Shown here in pieces: positions 8,573-17,627 of a DNA stretch of 64,000 bases; the first letter of the stretch is position 1; every line of letters starts with the position of its first letter. The DNA is from a virus. Its lineage: Duplodnaviria > Heunggongvirae > Uroviricota > Caudoviricetes. A model generated the notes under the pieces. It had not been told where the DNA came from. It was given only the letters and a program-made list of their open reading frames with translations, and did no database searches. Location of the stretch: the IMG/VR virus record IMGVR_UViG_3300028298_000002. One strand, given 5' to 3'. The position numbers and the translations under genes are program-made.

Positions 8573-9333
8573 ATGCCTGTATTATTATGTTTGTGATATT
8601 GAGCCGGCTGATACGAAATACCATAATCAGCTTGTGGCACGTCTTTACTATTGATAAATAACATATTCGTTGTTGCTATTTGATACACTAATGTGTAGCC
8701 ATAGCTTTCCAAAACGCGTTTGAAGGCCATAAAACTTGCTCCAAAATAATTATCGTTTCCCCATGTGTGCGTTGGATTATACTTAATCGTAAGACTTTCG
8801 TTTGCTGGTAAAGTCCCGTTGAATTCGTTATAAATTACGCGTGGAAAATATCCACCATCCAAAATCTTTTTCAATATCCAGAGATCGTTGCCATCCAAAT
8901 CGATGCTCAAAAAGTCAAAGATGAAGGGCACTTCGTACTTTGCAAATAATTCACAAATGTTTTCAGCTGTGATAAATTCCTTCTTAATCATTTCGTTTCC
9001 GGAATTATCGCCATCCATCAGCAATCCTTTCCAGCCTTTATCCAAAAGGTATTTCGAATTACTCATTCCTTGATTAAGACCATTTGCTCCAAAGTCCACC
9101 AAGAACTTTGTATCAGTTCCAATATTTTCAAACACGTAGTCGAAAATATTTTCTTCGCTAAATTGTGCGTAGCGTTTTACTAGTTGAACATCTTTAATTC
9201 TTCTTACCCAACCTTCGCCACTTAGTGGTTGTGTTGGCGTAGCACTTGATGGCACACTAGCTACTTTAGGTGGTGCTACTGCCGAATTAAGATTTCTATT
9301 TTCTCCCGAAGGATCTCTTGGATCAAATACCAT
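8554..9333 (-). CDS. FkbM-family-like methyltransferase carrying N-terminal FDPRDPSGE tag
   Basis: N-terminus MVFDPRDPSGENRNLN, then a P/S/A/T linker. FLVDFGANGLNQG...LLMDGD resembles the FkbM methyltransferase core (DxGAN). Confidence 0.55.
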   Translation of the reverse strand: MVFDPRDPSGENRNLNSAVAPPKVASVPSSATPTQPLSGEGWVRRIKDVQLVKRYAQFSEENIFDYVFENIGTDTKFLVDFGANGLNQGMSNSKYLLDKGWKGLLMDGDNSGNEMIKKEFITAENICELFAKYEVPFIFDFLSIDLDGNDLWILKKILDGGYFPRVIYNEFNGTLPANESLTIKYNPTHTWGNDNYFGASFMAFKRVLESYGYTLVYQIATTNMLFINSKDVPQADYGISYQPAQYHKHNNTGIWEEVK

Positions 9334-9655
9334 TTTCTATTGTATTAATTTTTTTTCTGATTTCGTTTAATAATCCCAACGCTTGTGAATGTTCAGATTC
9401 TAATCTTTCTACTCTTTTTTCTTGTAGCGGTAATCTCGCTTTTAACCAACTTTTTTCATCGAAATAAAAAAACAAATTTCCTTCCCCTTCGTGAAAATTA
9501 TAATCTACTCCTACTTTCAAATCATAATCTTTATTTTTTATTCCAACCATTTTCCCATCGTTAGACAAAAAACTAGGCGTGAATTGATCTGTTCCGCCAG
9601 TCGATTTGTTAAGAACATAAATCTTGCTTTCTAATCCAAGTGCCGATGCTTTCAT
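9323..9655 (-). CDS. hypothetical protein (110 aa)
   Basis: ORF. Confidence 0.45.
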   Translation of the reverse strand: MKASALGLESKIYVLNKSTGGTDQFTPSFLSNDGKMVGIKNKDYDLKVGVDYNFHEGEGNLFFYFDEKSWLKARLPLQEKRVERLESEHSQALGLLNEIRKKINTIENGI

Positions 9656-9829
9656 TATTTTAAATTTGTTAGTACGACTACTTTATATTTTGTGTCGAAA
9701 TTATGCTGAACGCTTGTAACGTAATAATGCTTTTCTTCTAAAATAATTGATTCACCTACCGAAATAGCATAGTTTCCGTTTTCTTCGTGAATTTGTTTTG
9801 TCCCGAAATAGAATAGTGTTTGCTTCATT

Positions 9830-10939
9830 TTATTTTATTTTATCAGTTATAACTTTTAAATTTTCAGCGAAATGATGCCAGGTGAAATTCTGTCTTGCCC
9901 TTCTACATCCTTCACGAGCAATATTTTTTCTTAATTCTTCGTTTTCCAAATAGAACTTAATTTTATTTATCAGTTCATCAATAGAGGTAAACACATCCAG
10001 GTCTAATCCGATATCAAAGTCTTCTTCTAATTCAGGGTAAACATGTGTCAAGCAAAATGCACCAGTTCCCAAGATTCTAAACAACCGGTCCGAAGCATAC
10101 TTGCTTCTTTCAAAGTGCGACAATGAAATCGCTATCTTACAACTTCTGTATGCCAGGCCTTCTTCACCGAAATTCGTGATCAACCCATTCGCTATTTTTT
10201 GTCCGTTCTGCATTTGGTTGCCCCAGTTAGCACCATACACACCGAACTTATCACCAAATACGCTTTTCAAAGTTCTTACCATCGATTCGCGATAGCTTGA
10301 CAATGGGTACTGGCAGTGGTAGTTGCTACCCATAAAGATGATTTCTGGATAAACACCTACTGGTCCTTCAGGATTAAAGTTCAACGAATCAAATCCTACT
10401 TGTAAAAAATCTGCTTTTACGCCTTCTTTACGGAGCTTTTCCACATCTTCTACATTAGTGAACAACGTCAAGTCGATATGATCACCTAAGTCGATATAAT
10501 GGGCAGGAAGTTCTTCCCGGACATCACCGCACCAATTCACCAGCTTTGCTTTTTTATTCATTGCAGCAAGTGCCGTATGCGATATGATTCCTGGTCGTTG
10601 CAAATGCATAAACACGATATCAGGCTTGAATTCATTGAATGTTTTTAACAGAATAGCATCAAATGGACTGTGTTGCCCTATCGATGCACCACGTCCAACC
10701 GCTACTGGAATTCTATTATCCATACGTGCTTCCCCAGATGGATTTCTTACATCAAAGCCGTGAGCCTTATGCATTCTGTTCATCACAGATTGTTGATGTG
10801 CCAATTCTGGCTGATATGGTTCAGGATATTTTACTTCCGTCCAGTCCAAGTGCTTACACTCAAACACGGAATCCAATCCGTTTTGCATATCAGGGTTTCC
10901 TTGTCCCATCATTATATGTAGAAGCTTTTGCTTTTTCAT
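9830..10939 (-). CDS. glycosyltransferase, CgeB/Glyco_trans_1_2-like, with FDVRNPSGE tag. Likely true start at internal ATG 10774 or 10783.
   Basis: C-terminal half (EEGLAYRSCKIAISLSHFERSKYASDRLFRILGTGAFCLTHVYPELEEDFDIGLDLDVFTSIDELINKIKFYLENEELRKNIAREG) matches the GT-B group-1/CgeB-like C-domain. The tag sits at residue 62 of the longest ORF, whereas it is at residues 3-5 in three sibling genes. Confidence 0.55.
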   Translation of the reverse strand: MKKQKLLHIMMGQGNPDMQNGLDSVFECKHLDWTEVKYPEPYQPELAHQQSVMNRMHKAHGFDVRNPSGEARMDNRIPVAVGRGASIGQHSPFDAILLKTFNEFKPDIVFMHLQRPGIISHTALAAMNKKAKLVNWCGDVREELPAHYIDLGDHIDLTLFTNVEDVEKLRKEGVKADFLQVGFDSLNFNPEGPVGVYPEIIFMGSNYHCQYPLSSYRESMVRTLKSVFGDKFGVYGANWGNQMQNGQKIANGLITNFGEEGLAYRSCKIAISLSHFERSKYASDRLFRILGTGAFCLTHVYPELEEDFDIGLDLDVFTSIDELINKIKFYLENEELRKNIAREGCRRARQNFTWHHFAENLKVITDKIK

Positions 10940-11722
10940 CTAATTTGAAGGGGTAAAAAATGAAGTGAAAATATCAAATGGGATATCAAATTTATTTTTT
11001 TGGCTATTAATCAAAACAACCACTTTTGTTTCCTTATAGAAATCGATTGATTGCAATATGCATTCTTCGCCTTGCACGATTGTATATTTGGTATCCTTAT
11101 TTTTAATGGTCGTTTGTGCGATGTATTTTTTATCCCAAGATTTGTTTTCGGATGATTTAATTGGGGCTTCCGATTCGGCTTCTTTTTCTTGCTTTCTAAA
11201 TCCCTTAAATGTTTCTATGTATTCTGTGATTTGATTTTTTAGCTGTAATGATCTCACTATTCCAGTAATCAATTGCTGTGCAACTAGCATTAATGCTTTT
11301 GCCTTTGGCGAAAGAATACCACCTTGTTCCGCAAGGACAATTAGTAATAACTCTCGCAATTCCTCTTTCATTTCTGGAGTTAGTGTGAACTCTATCTCTG
11401 CTTCTTTGTTATGATTAATAAAAACATCGCTAACAGTTAATTTGCCATCTTCTTTATCATTTACCACTACCATTGATAAACGAATATCTCCATCTTTGTC
11501 AAGGAGTTCCATCTTGTTCATCTTTATTGAACAAATCCCAGTAAAGGCCATATGGTATAATTCACCATAAGATTTTAATATTTCGTCAGCAAAAAGTTCG
11601 ATTCTTTCCTTCTTTTCTTCTTCCGATAATACTTTTTCTTCATCCACTGATTCAACTACCTTTCTTGGTCGTCCTGGCTTACGCTTTCCTTCATCTGCGA
11701 TTGTTTTCTTCTTTTGGCTCAT
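10940..11722 (-). CDS. paralog of central domain of 2245..3432, with basic N-terminus containing AT-hook-like GRPRK
   Basis: ERIELFADEILKSYGELYHMAFTGICSIKMNKMELLDKDGDIRLSMVVV... aligns residue-by-residue with 2245..3432. Confidence 0.6.
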   Translation of the reverse strand: MSQKKKTIADEGKRKPGRPRKVVESVDEEKVLSEEEKKERIELFADEILKSYGELYHMAFTGICSIKMNKMELLDKDGDIRLSMVVVNDKEDGKLTVSDVFINHNKEAEIEFTLTPEMKEELRELLLIVLAEQGGILSPKAKALMLVAQQLITGIVRSLQLKNQITEYIETFKGFRKQEKEAESEAPIKSSENKSWDKKYIAQTTIKNKDTKYTIVQGEECILQSIDFYKETKVVVLINSQKNKFDIPFDIFTSFFTPSN

Positions 11723-11730
11723 CTTATTTT

Positions 11731-12564
11731 CTAATTTGTTGGTTGCAACACTTTATAAGGCGGTGCAATGCCTCTTTCTTTTTGTTCTCCTTTTTCATTC
11801 AGGTAATTTCTTACCATAACAACGTGCTGATGATATGTTTTCAAATTCAAGCTCGGATTTAAAACAGCATAACCTGCAATATCCAATTTATATGCTATTG
11901 AATTATCACATCCGGGACTTCCCAATGAAAATGGGGCATCTATTCCTTTTTCTACTGCACCATTGAATATCCATACATCTTGCGAATCCACCCGATTAAA
12001 AAATTCTACGGATCCATCAGCTTTGATATCCCATCTAGTCAATGCCAACACACTTTTTTCTTTTGTCTTGAAATAAGCAACACTTTTTTCCAATGTTTCT
12101 TTTGGGATAACGATGTCCAAATTCGCAATCACATTAATGTTATTCGGAGCATTGCAAAGGTTCGTTAAATCAAAGTATTCCAAGTATGTTGCTCGTTTGC
12201 TTGTTAGCACTGGCGTTAATTCAAAGTTCACTAACCCTTGAATATCTTCAAACGAATCAAAGTCTGCGATAACAAAAATATTATCAAAGTGCTTTGTATT
12301 TTCAACAACACATTTCACCAATTCCTTTTGTCTTTCAATATTTTTATCGATGTAATAGTTGATGAACAAATTATATTTCATCTGCATTCCATCTTCGATA
12401 ATCATATCATTCACCAAGCGAGGCTTCGCCACTACTGGATTACTTCGGTCCTCCCCAGATGGATTTCTTGGATCAAAAACTTTCGACACAGCTGGTGCTA
12501 CGTGCGTTGTTCTTCCTATCTCAATTCTAGGTTCGCCTGAAGGATTACGTGGATCAAAAACCAT
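11731..12564 (-). CDS. putative nucleotide-sugar transferase (GT-A-like) with two tandem N-terminal FDPRNPSGE tags
   Basis: MVFDPRNPSGEPRIEIGRTTHVAPAVSKVFDPRNPSGEDRSNP, followed by a domain with a DxD-like IADFDSFED. Product assignment is tentative. Confidence 0.5.
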   Translation of the reverse strand: MVFDPRNPSGEPRIEIGRTTHVAPAVSKVFDPRNPSGEDRSNPVVAKPRLVNDMIIEDGMQMKYNLFINYYIDKNIERQKELVKCVVENTKHFDNIFVIADFDSFEDIQGLVNFELTPVLTSKRATYLEYFDLTNLCNAPNNINVIANLDIVIPKETLEKSVAYFKTKEKSVLALTRWDIKADGSVEFFNRVDSQDVWIFNGAVEKGIDAPFSLGSPGCDNSIAYKLDIAGYAVLNPSLNLKTYHQHVVMVRNYLNEKGEQKERGIAPPYKVLQPTN

Positions 12565-12729
12565 TTCTTAATTATTTGCTTTACCTAAATATTCAAAATG
12601 AACTGCAAAACTATATTTGCCATAATCTATACGATTTCCAAATGAAGCTTCAGCACAGGTTATCCGAACTTGTCTTGGTCGAACATAACCTTTCTTTAAT
12701 TTCTTTTTAATTTTTCTTGGAATACGCAT

Positions 12730-12990
12730 CTATCCGAAATCTAAAAATTCTAAAAACTTCTGTAAGCCTTTTACTTCAGCTTTACTTAGTTCTAAGCTCT
12801 TTGTTTTTTTTCCGCCATCGTGTTCAACATCTACAAAAAGGAAAAGACTTCCATCCTTATGTTCCGTTAGCGAACCAGTGAAGGAAATTTCTTTCTTAAT
12901 AAGTGATTTTGCTGTCGCCTTCACCTTGTCCTTTATTTTCTTCGGAACTTTTTTAGCTCGATCCTTGATGCTGTTTTTTTTAGTTGCCAT
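12730..12990 (-). CDS. hypothetical basic protein (86 aa)
   Basis: ORF. K-rich. Confidence 0.4.
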   Translation of the reverse strand: MATKKNSIKDRAKKVPKKIKDKVKATAKSLIKKEISFTGSLTEHKDGSLFLFVDVEHDGGKKTKSLELSKAEVKGLQKFLEFLDFG

Positions 12991-13807
12991 AGTAACGCAT
13001 TAATTCGTTTATACAAAATTTGTAAGATGCATCAGCATCGTTATTAAATCTATTCAAAGCTATTCGTAAAATATCTGGTTTATTTTCTTTTAAATAAATT
13101 AAACACGCAACCCAATAATCTTTCTTACTGAATGCACCATAAATTAAATCCTCCTGATAGTTTACATACAAATAAAATCTTTTATTTGTTTTAAATTTAT
13201 AAGCTATCAAAGCTTGTGCAAGTATTAGCACATCAGGGTTACTAACTTTAGCACTAACTGTTTCGGCACGTTCGTTAATCATATGTAATCGAAGCAATCC
13301 AGCGTTTGCCCATATAACAGGGCGTATCACGCGGAAACTTTGATAATGTATGATCACATCCAAATTCGAATGTCTGTTGGAAACCAATGCTGATACAACT
13401 TTTACGCTGTTTGGATTAATCATATATGTTGAAATATCATCTAGCACTAAAAGTCCATTAGCAAAAGTGTCGAGGATTTTGTGAAGTATTTCTACCTTTT
13501 TATCTACATCTTTAACAATCACATTATTTTCATCTAATGCTAATATTCTTCTAACTTCAGTTTTTCCATTATATGTCCAATCTCTTAAATCTCTTATGCC
13601 TAAAGTTTTTGCAGTCCAATTAACCTTGAACTTGCTTCGTAGCTTGGCATCAGAATATTCTGCTTGGGTATCATATATCAAAACTTTCCTACCCTTCCAT
13701 CCTTCTGCTGATGGCTGTATGTAATTTGCTATTTCTTCATTGGCTGTTGTGTGGGTTTTTCCCATCCCTTTTGCAGCAATAACCAATTGTATCATTGCCT
13801 CTCTCAT
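12980..13807 (-). CDS. P-loop NTPase (Walker A/B ATPase)
   Basis: Walker A AAKGMGKTHT. Walker B GLLVLDDIS. Confidence 0.6.
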   Translation of the reverse strand: MREAMIQLVIAAKGMGKTHTTANEEIANYIQPSAEGWKGRKVLIYDTQAEYSDAKLRSKFKVNWTAKTLGIRDLRDWTYNGKTEVRRILALDENNVIVKDVDKKVEILHKILDTFANGLLVLDDISTYMINPNSVKVVSALVSNRHSNLDVIIHYQSFRVIRPVIWANAGLLRLHMINERAETVSAKVSNPDVLILAQALIAYKFKTNKRFYLYVNYQEDLIYGAFSKKDYWVACLIYLKENKPDILRIALNRFNNDADASYKFCINELMRYYGN

Positions 13808-14670
13808 TGTTCTACAATTAAATTATTTTCTTCTACATAATATTCCCATTTGAATCCACCAGCAGTTTTTTCTTTCCCTCTACAAACAGCGGAAATATTA
13901 TTTTTATGAATACCTAATCCCCTTTCCGCATCAGACATTGAATCCCAAACTTTTATTGATTCATTTGTAATAAGATCTATTTGAACAATTTTTTTGCTAC
14001 GTGAATTGTCTTTTCCGAATTTTCCATATAGGGGATGTTTTTCTCCTGTTGCATAAATTCTATTAGGGGCAACTTTTCCCTTTCTATCTAAACTCATTTT
14101 TAGCTTAGTCTTTTCGGTATGCCCTCTTTTAGCCATACCATTTTTTTCTCCAGCTATTTTAGGATTTGGTTTTCCTAATTTAGATGCACTTTGTTTTGCT
14201 TTTGTTTCTGGACTAACTATTCTTCCTGTTAAAGCAATAGACTGCTTTCTTTTTGTTTCTTCTGAACGTAATGGTCTTTTTTTTCCCTTCTGAGCCACAC
14301 TCATTTTTATTTTAGATTCTTCAGAATGCTTTCCATAACTACCGCCTTCTTTTAAATTCATTCCAAATTCCTTGTTACGCGTATTGAATTTTGCAATGAA
14401 GAATATTTCCCTTTCGTTTAATTCTAGTTGAGTTAATTCTTCAGTAGCCCTTTCTTGAATTACTTCTAGGATTTCAAAAGTATGATTTTCGGGACCATAT
14501 TTTTGAAAGGAACTATAAAGCGATGATTGTCCTTTACATTTTCCATACTTGTAATCTTGCTTCCGTTTGTTGATGTCCCAAGACTGCCCCACATTCTTTC
14601 TACCAGATGGAGAAGTAATAAGATAAATTCCTATTAAGATCGGCCCTAGATGATTTGGTCTTTTTCCCAT
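13804..14670 (-). CDS. GIY-YIG homing endonuclease (Seg/I-TevI-like) with NUMOD3 repeats and C-terminal NUMOD1/IENR1 HTH
   Basis: GIYLITSPSGRKNVGQS (GIY...YIG-type). Repeated HSEESKIKMS / TEKTKLKMS NUMOD3 units. C-terminus IKVWDSMSDAERGLGIHKNNISAVCRGKEKTAGGFKWEY. Confidence 0.85.
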   Translation of the reverse strand: MGKRPNHLGPILIGIYLITSPSGRKNVGQSWDINKRKQDYKYGKCKGQSSLYSSFQKYGPENHTFEILEVIQERATEELTQLELNEREIFFIAKFNTRNKEFGMNLKEGGSYGKHSEESKIKMSVAQKGKKRPLRSEETKRKQSIALTGRIVSPETKAKQSASKLGKPNPKIAGEKNGMAKRGHTEKTKLKMSLDRKGKVAPNRIYATGEKHPLYGKFGKDNSRSKKIVQIDLITNESIKVWDSMSDAERGLGIHKNNISAVCRGKEKTAGGFKWEYYVEENNLIVEQ

Positions 14671-14972
14671 TACATCAATTCAATTAAATATTTAACTAAA
14701 ACAATGGAAACCAACGCTACATTGGTTAATAAGCGGATGATATATATTCTTCGGTTATCGAATAAGTAAATCGAAGTGATTAACCAGAAGAAAGAAATTA
14801 ATAAATAGATTCCAGAAGAAGCGCTGATGATACCCGTCAAAACGAATGTGGTAGTGATTGTTAGGGAGATTGCGTTGTATAAAGTAGGGCGGATTATTTG
14901 CGGAAAAACAGCGGCATCGTTGATTCGCTGTATAGAAAGGGCAATATAGACTAGTCCGAAAAAATAAAACAT
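14670..14972 (-). CDS. small integral membrane protein (3 predicted TM helices)
   Basis: ORF with three long hydrophobic segments. Confidence 0.5.
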   Translation of the reverse strand: MFYFFGLVYIALSIQRINDAAVFPQIIRPTLYNAISLTITTTFVLTGIISASSGIYLLISFFWLITSIYLFDNRRIYIIRLLTNVALVSIVLVKYLIELM

Positions 14973-14986
14973 GCCTTAATAATTAA

Positions 14987-15000
14987 TAGTTAGTTAGTTA
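14987..15000 (-). promoter_or_regulatory. CTAACTAACTA-type motif upstream of 14670..14972 (15-nt spacer)
   Basis: Plus strand reads tagttagttagtta. Confidence 0.4.
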
Positions 15001-15058
15001 TAAGGGCAATGATAACAAAATAATCAACAAATCAAAATAAATTCAACTTTATTTTTTT

Positions 15059-15523
15059 TTAACCCTTGTGGGATTGGTTTTGCGAGTTTTCACGATTTTT
15101 GCGAAGTGCGATTATTTTGCTGATTAAGCCAGAATTGTCGTTCATCAGGTTCTTAATCAGTTTGTTTTTTGCAAGGATTGTTTGATTAAGGGTGATGACT
15201 TCCTGATCTCTGCGAACGAACTTTGTAGCTTCTTGGCTGTTTCGGTCTCTTAAAACCTTGTTTTCAGCGGTTAGCGTTTTGGTTTCGGAAGTAAGGCGTT
15301 TGATTTCGGCTTTTAAAGAATCGATTTCTTTAGTGGCTTCTTTAATCTTGGTAACAAGGTGGGGTTCTTTGCTTGTTAAGTGCCACCCTGAACAGCTTTG
15401 GCAGTAGTATGAACGAATAGGAACGCTGGAACGTGTGGATGTTTTTTTGATTCGTTCAACATCCTTGTTTGCTTCAGCTTCATTTGCATACTTGGTCTTG
15501 TGGCATTCCTTGCTATTGTCCAT
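15059..15523 (-). CDS. zinc-ribbon plus coiled-coil protein
   Basis: CxxC (CQSCSGWH) at the N-terminus, then a heptad-rich segment. Confidence 0.5.
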   Translation of the reverse strand: MDNSKECHKTKYANEAEANKDVERIKKTSTRSSVPIRSYYCQSCSGWHLTSKEPHLVTKIKEATKEIDSLKAEIKRLTSETKTLTAENKVLRDRNSQEATKFVRRDQEVITLNQTILAKNKLIKNLMNDNSGLISKIIALRKNRENSQNQSHKG

Positions 15524-16070
15524 TTATGGAAGGGATTTCCTTTTGATCATAGTTATAATTCATTCTAACGGTTTCATAAGCACGAAGTCCAGCCATCTTC
15601 ACTTCTGGAAGGTGCTGTTCAAGGATTACCTTTAAATAATCAATGAATGTTTCCCGGCTAGAATAAAGGAATCCCGTTTTCTTGTCCACTATGGTTTCAG
15701 AATAAGGGTATTGGTAAAGTGTGATCAGCGGAACGCCAAATAATGCCATTTCCAAGAACTTGTTGATGTTTTCAGAAGTTTCGTTGTACACACCTGGAAT
15801 TAATGGGACAAATAGCATATCAAATCCAACACTTTCTTTTAAAGCATGGATGTGCTTAAAATAATGGTTGATAGAAACTGGTTTTGTGAATTCGGTTTCG
15901 GGAGGTAATTCTACCCCATCAGTTCCAATAAATAATAATCGGACCGCATTACCAAATATCTTATTAATTAATCGAAACTCATTTTCATAATAATTAATAT
16001 CGGCCTGGTTAAATCCATTACAGATAACTCCGAGAACCAATGCTGGTTTAGTTTCCGTTTTTGTTTCCAT
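15513..16070 (-). CDS. glycosyltransferase group-1 C-terminal-domain-like protein (short)
   Basis: FLEMALFGVPLITLYQYPYSETIVDKKTGFLY resembles the GT-B donor-binding motif (E..A.G.PvI....g...e.v.dg.tGfl). Confidence 0.4.
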   Translation of the reverse strand: METKTETKPALVLGVICNGFNQADINYYENEFRLINKIFGNAVRLLFIGTDGVELPPETEFTKPVSINHYFKHIHALKESVGFDMLFVPLIPGVYNETSENINKFLEMALFGVPLITLYQYPYSETIVDKKTGFLYSSRETFIDYLKVILEQHLPEVKMAGLRAYETVRMNYNYDQKEIPSINGQ

Positions 16071-16368
16071 TAATTTTGTATTTAGTATTTAATAGTTCTG
16101 ATAACTCATTCCAACTTTTAATTCCAGTATTTTTAGTTTCCAAAAAACGGGTTTTTAATAGGTCCCGCACCATCGGATGTTTCTTTGAATATAATTCCAA
16201 AGAGGTAAAAAGGCGGATTGAAATGTCCGGATTTTCAACCATCACTTGTTTGATGGTTAAATTCTTTCGGATCATAATTCCGACTTCATCTGGATGCTTG
16301 TCAAGGTATTTTTTGACCTGCTCCAGTTCTTTAGGTGTTAGTGATTTTAGGAAGATTTTGATATTCAT
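16048..16368 (-). CDS. hypothetical protein (106 aa)
   Basis: ORF. Confidence 0.45.
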   Translation of the reverse strand: MNIKIFLKSLTPKELEQVKKYLDKHPDEVGIMIRKNLTIKQVMVENPDISIRLFTSLELYSKKHPMVRDLLKTRFLETKNTGIKSWNELSELLNTKYKINGNKNGN

Positions 16369-16492
16369 AAAGCTGGTCTTGGTCTTATTCCGTTGATAAT
16401 CTCTAACTTTTCTTGTTCTTTTTTTAGCTTCTGCACCTCCACTTCGTAATCAAAAGGGACTTGGCTGCCTTTGATTACCATCTGCCAATATC

Positions 16493-16888
16493 CTATCGTT
16501 TGCATTCCTTTTTGTATTTTTCATAAAGTTCTTCGTCCGTGTATTCGGGTGCAACGCCAATTCCTGGCGACTTGACCATATTGTCTTTAATCATTGGGCT
16601 TGAAGGTTCGCCTGGTGCCGTTTCATTTGGTGAAAACCATTTGCCACCAGTTTGTTTGATAAAGTGGTTTTCTTCTTTCCACTTGTCAAATTTGTGATCG
16701 CACAACTGCCCAGTATCAAGCAAGTGTCTCAGATGCTTTTTGTTCTCTGGTGATAAAGGTGGGAACTTCAAACACTTTGAACAATATGGGCGTTCTGAAA
16801 TCCCTCCCATTCCATCGCCAATCTTTTCAATGTATATGGGCTTGTTGCAGCAGTACGATTTGTTCTTGGTTTTTTCGGTTAAAATCAT
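16493..16888 (-). CDS. hypothetical Cys-rich protein (131 aa)
   Basis: ORF. Confidence 0.5.
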   Translation of the reverse strand: MILTEKTKNKSYCCNKPIYIEKIGDGMGGISERPYCSKCLKFPPLSPENKKHLRHLLDTGQLCDHKFDKWKEENHFIKQTGGKWFSPNETAPGEPSSPMIKDNMVKSPGIGVAPEYTDEELYEKYKKECKR

Positions 16889-17097
16889 TCTTTCTTTGAT
16901 TTTGAATAACCGCCATTTTTCCCAAATAATGCACCAGCCAAGATATTCAAGGCTAATGCGTGGAAGAAATCGACTTCAGGGAGTCCAAAAATTTGGGGAC
17001 AAGTATAATTCCAAAGCCACATCACCGGAAAGCCTAGAAGACAGGCAATGATGCACATAATAAAAAATCCAGCAACTAAATTTCCGACTGCTTCCAT
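16885..17097 (-). CDS. small membrane protein
   Basis: Two hydrophobic helices. Confidence 0.45.
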   Translation of the reverse strand: MEAVGNLVAGFFIMCIIACLLGFPVMWLWNYTCPQIFGLPEVDFFHALALNILAGALFGKNGGYSKSKKE

Positions 17098-17098
17098 A

Positions 17099-17332
17099 TT
17101 ATTTCTTTTTAAGGATTACTTGAATTTCATATTCGCCATCTTCCATATTGGCTTGTGTCAGCAGAATGCTGTCGATGTTGAGCTCTGCACCATTATCGTT
17201 TGTAATGGTATTGTTTGCTACGTCAATTGTCGCTGTCATTTCAAGCGTTGCGGATGTGTTTTTCATTTGGTTAGGGTTTTGGTTAAGGTCTGTATGTTCC
17301 TTGTACTTCACGCAGTTTGCGGTCTTCAGCAC
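17099..17332 (-). CDS. hypothetical protein (77 aa)
   Basis: ORF. Confidence 0.4.
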   Translation of the reverse strand: MLKTANCVKYKEHTDLNQNPNQMKNTSATLEMTATIDVANNTITNDNGAELNIDSILLTQANMEDGEYEIQVILKKK

Positions 17333-17621
17333 GTTTGTTAATCCACATTAATGCTTCATCAAGCTTAGTGATAACCATTGATGTTTCGCGGGAAGCCATT
17401 GGTCCTACATTTACAGATTCAAGATACTGCTTTGCTGTTTGGATAAGCGTTTCTGTAAACAATCCCTCTTGGCGTAGGACAGATGCATCTTCTTTGTTTC
17501 CTTTGCAGAAAACGATTTGAATACCAGCACCATCTTCCATTCCGTTGTCTGTTACTTTGTAGGTAGGAACATTGTATGTTGCCCCTTCAATCACTGTTTC
17601 TAATACTTTTGGATTTTTCAT
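17283..17621 (-). CDS. hypothetical protein (112 aa)
   Basis: ORF. CTAACTAACTA motif 4 nt upstream of the ATG (plus 17625-17635). Confidence 0.5.
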   Translation of the reverse strand: MKNPKVLETVIEGATYNVPTYKVTDNGMEDGAGIQIVFCKGNKEDASVLRQEGLFTETLIQTAKQYLESVNVGPMASRETSMVITKLDEALMWINKRAEDRKLREVQGTYRP

Positions 17622-17627
17622 TTTTAG

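Noticed and set aside
9830-10939. Full-length 369-aa reading of the glycosyltransferase ORF
   Set aside because: Kept as coordinates but considered over-extended. The sibling genes place the shared tag at residues 3-5, which argues for a start at 10774 or 10783.
12359-12571. Peptide ...GSPEGLRGS / GSPDGFLGS seen in plus-strand frames at 12359..12571 and 6728..6931
   Set aside because: These are reverse-strand echoes of the minus-strand FDPRNPSGE tag codons, not independent genes.
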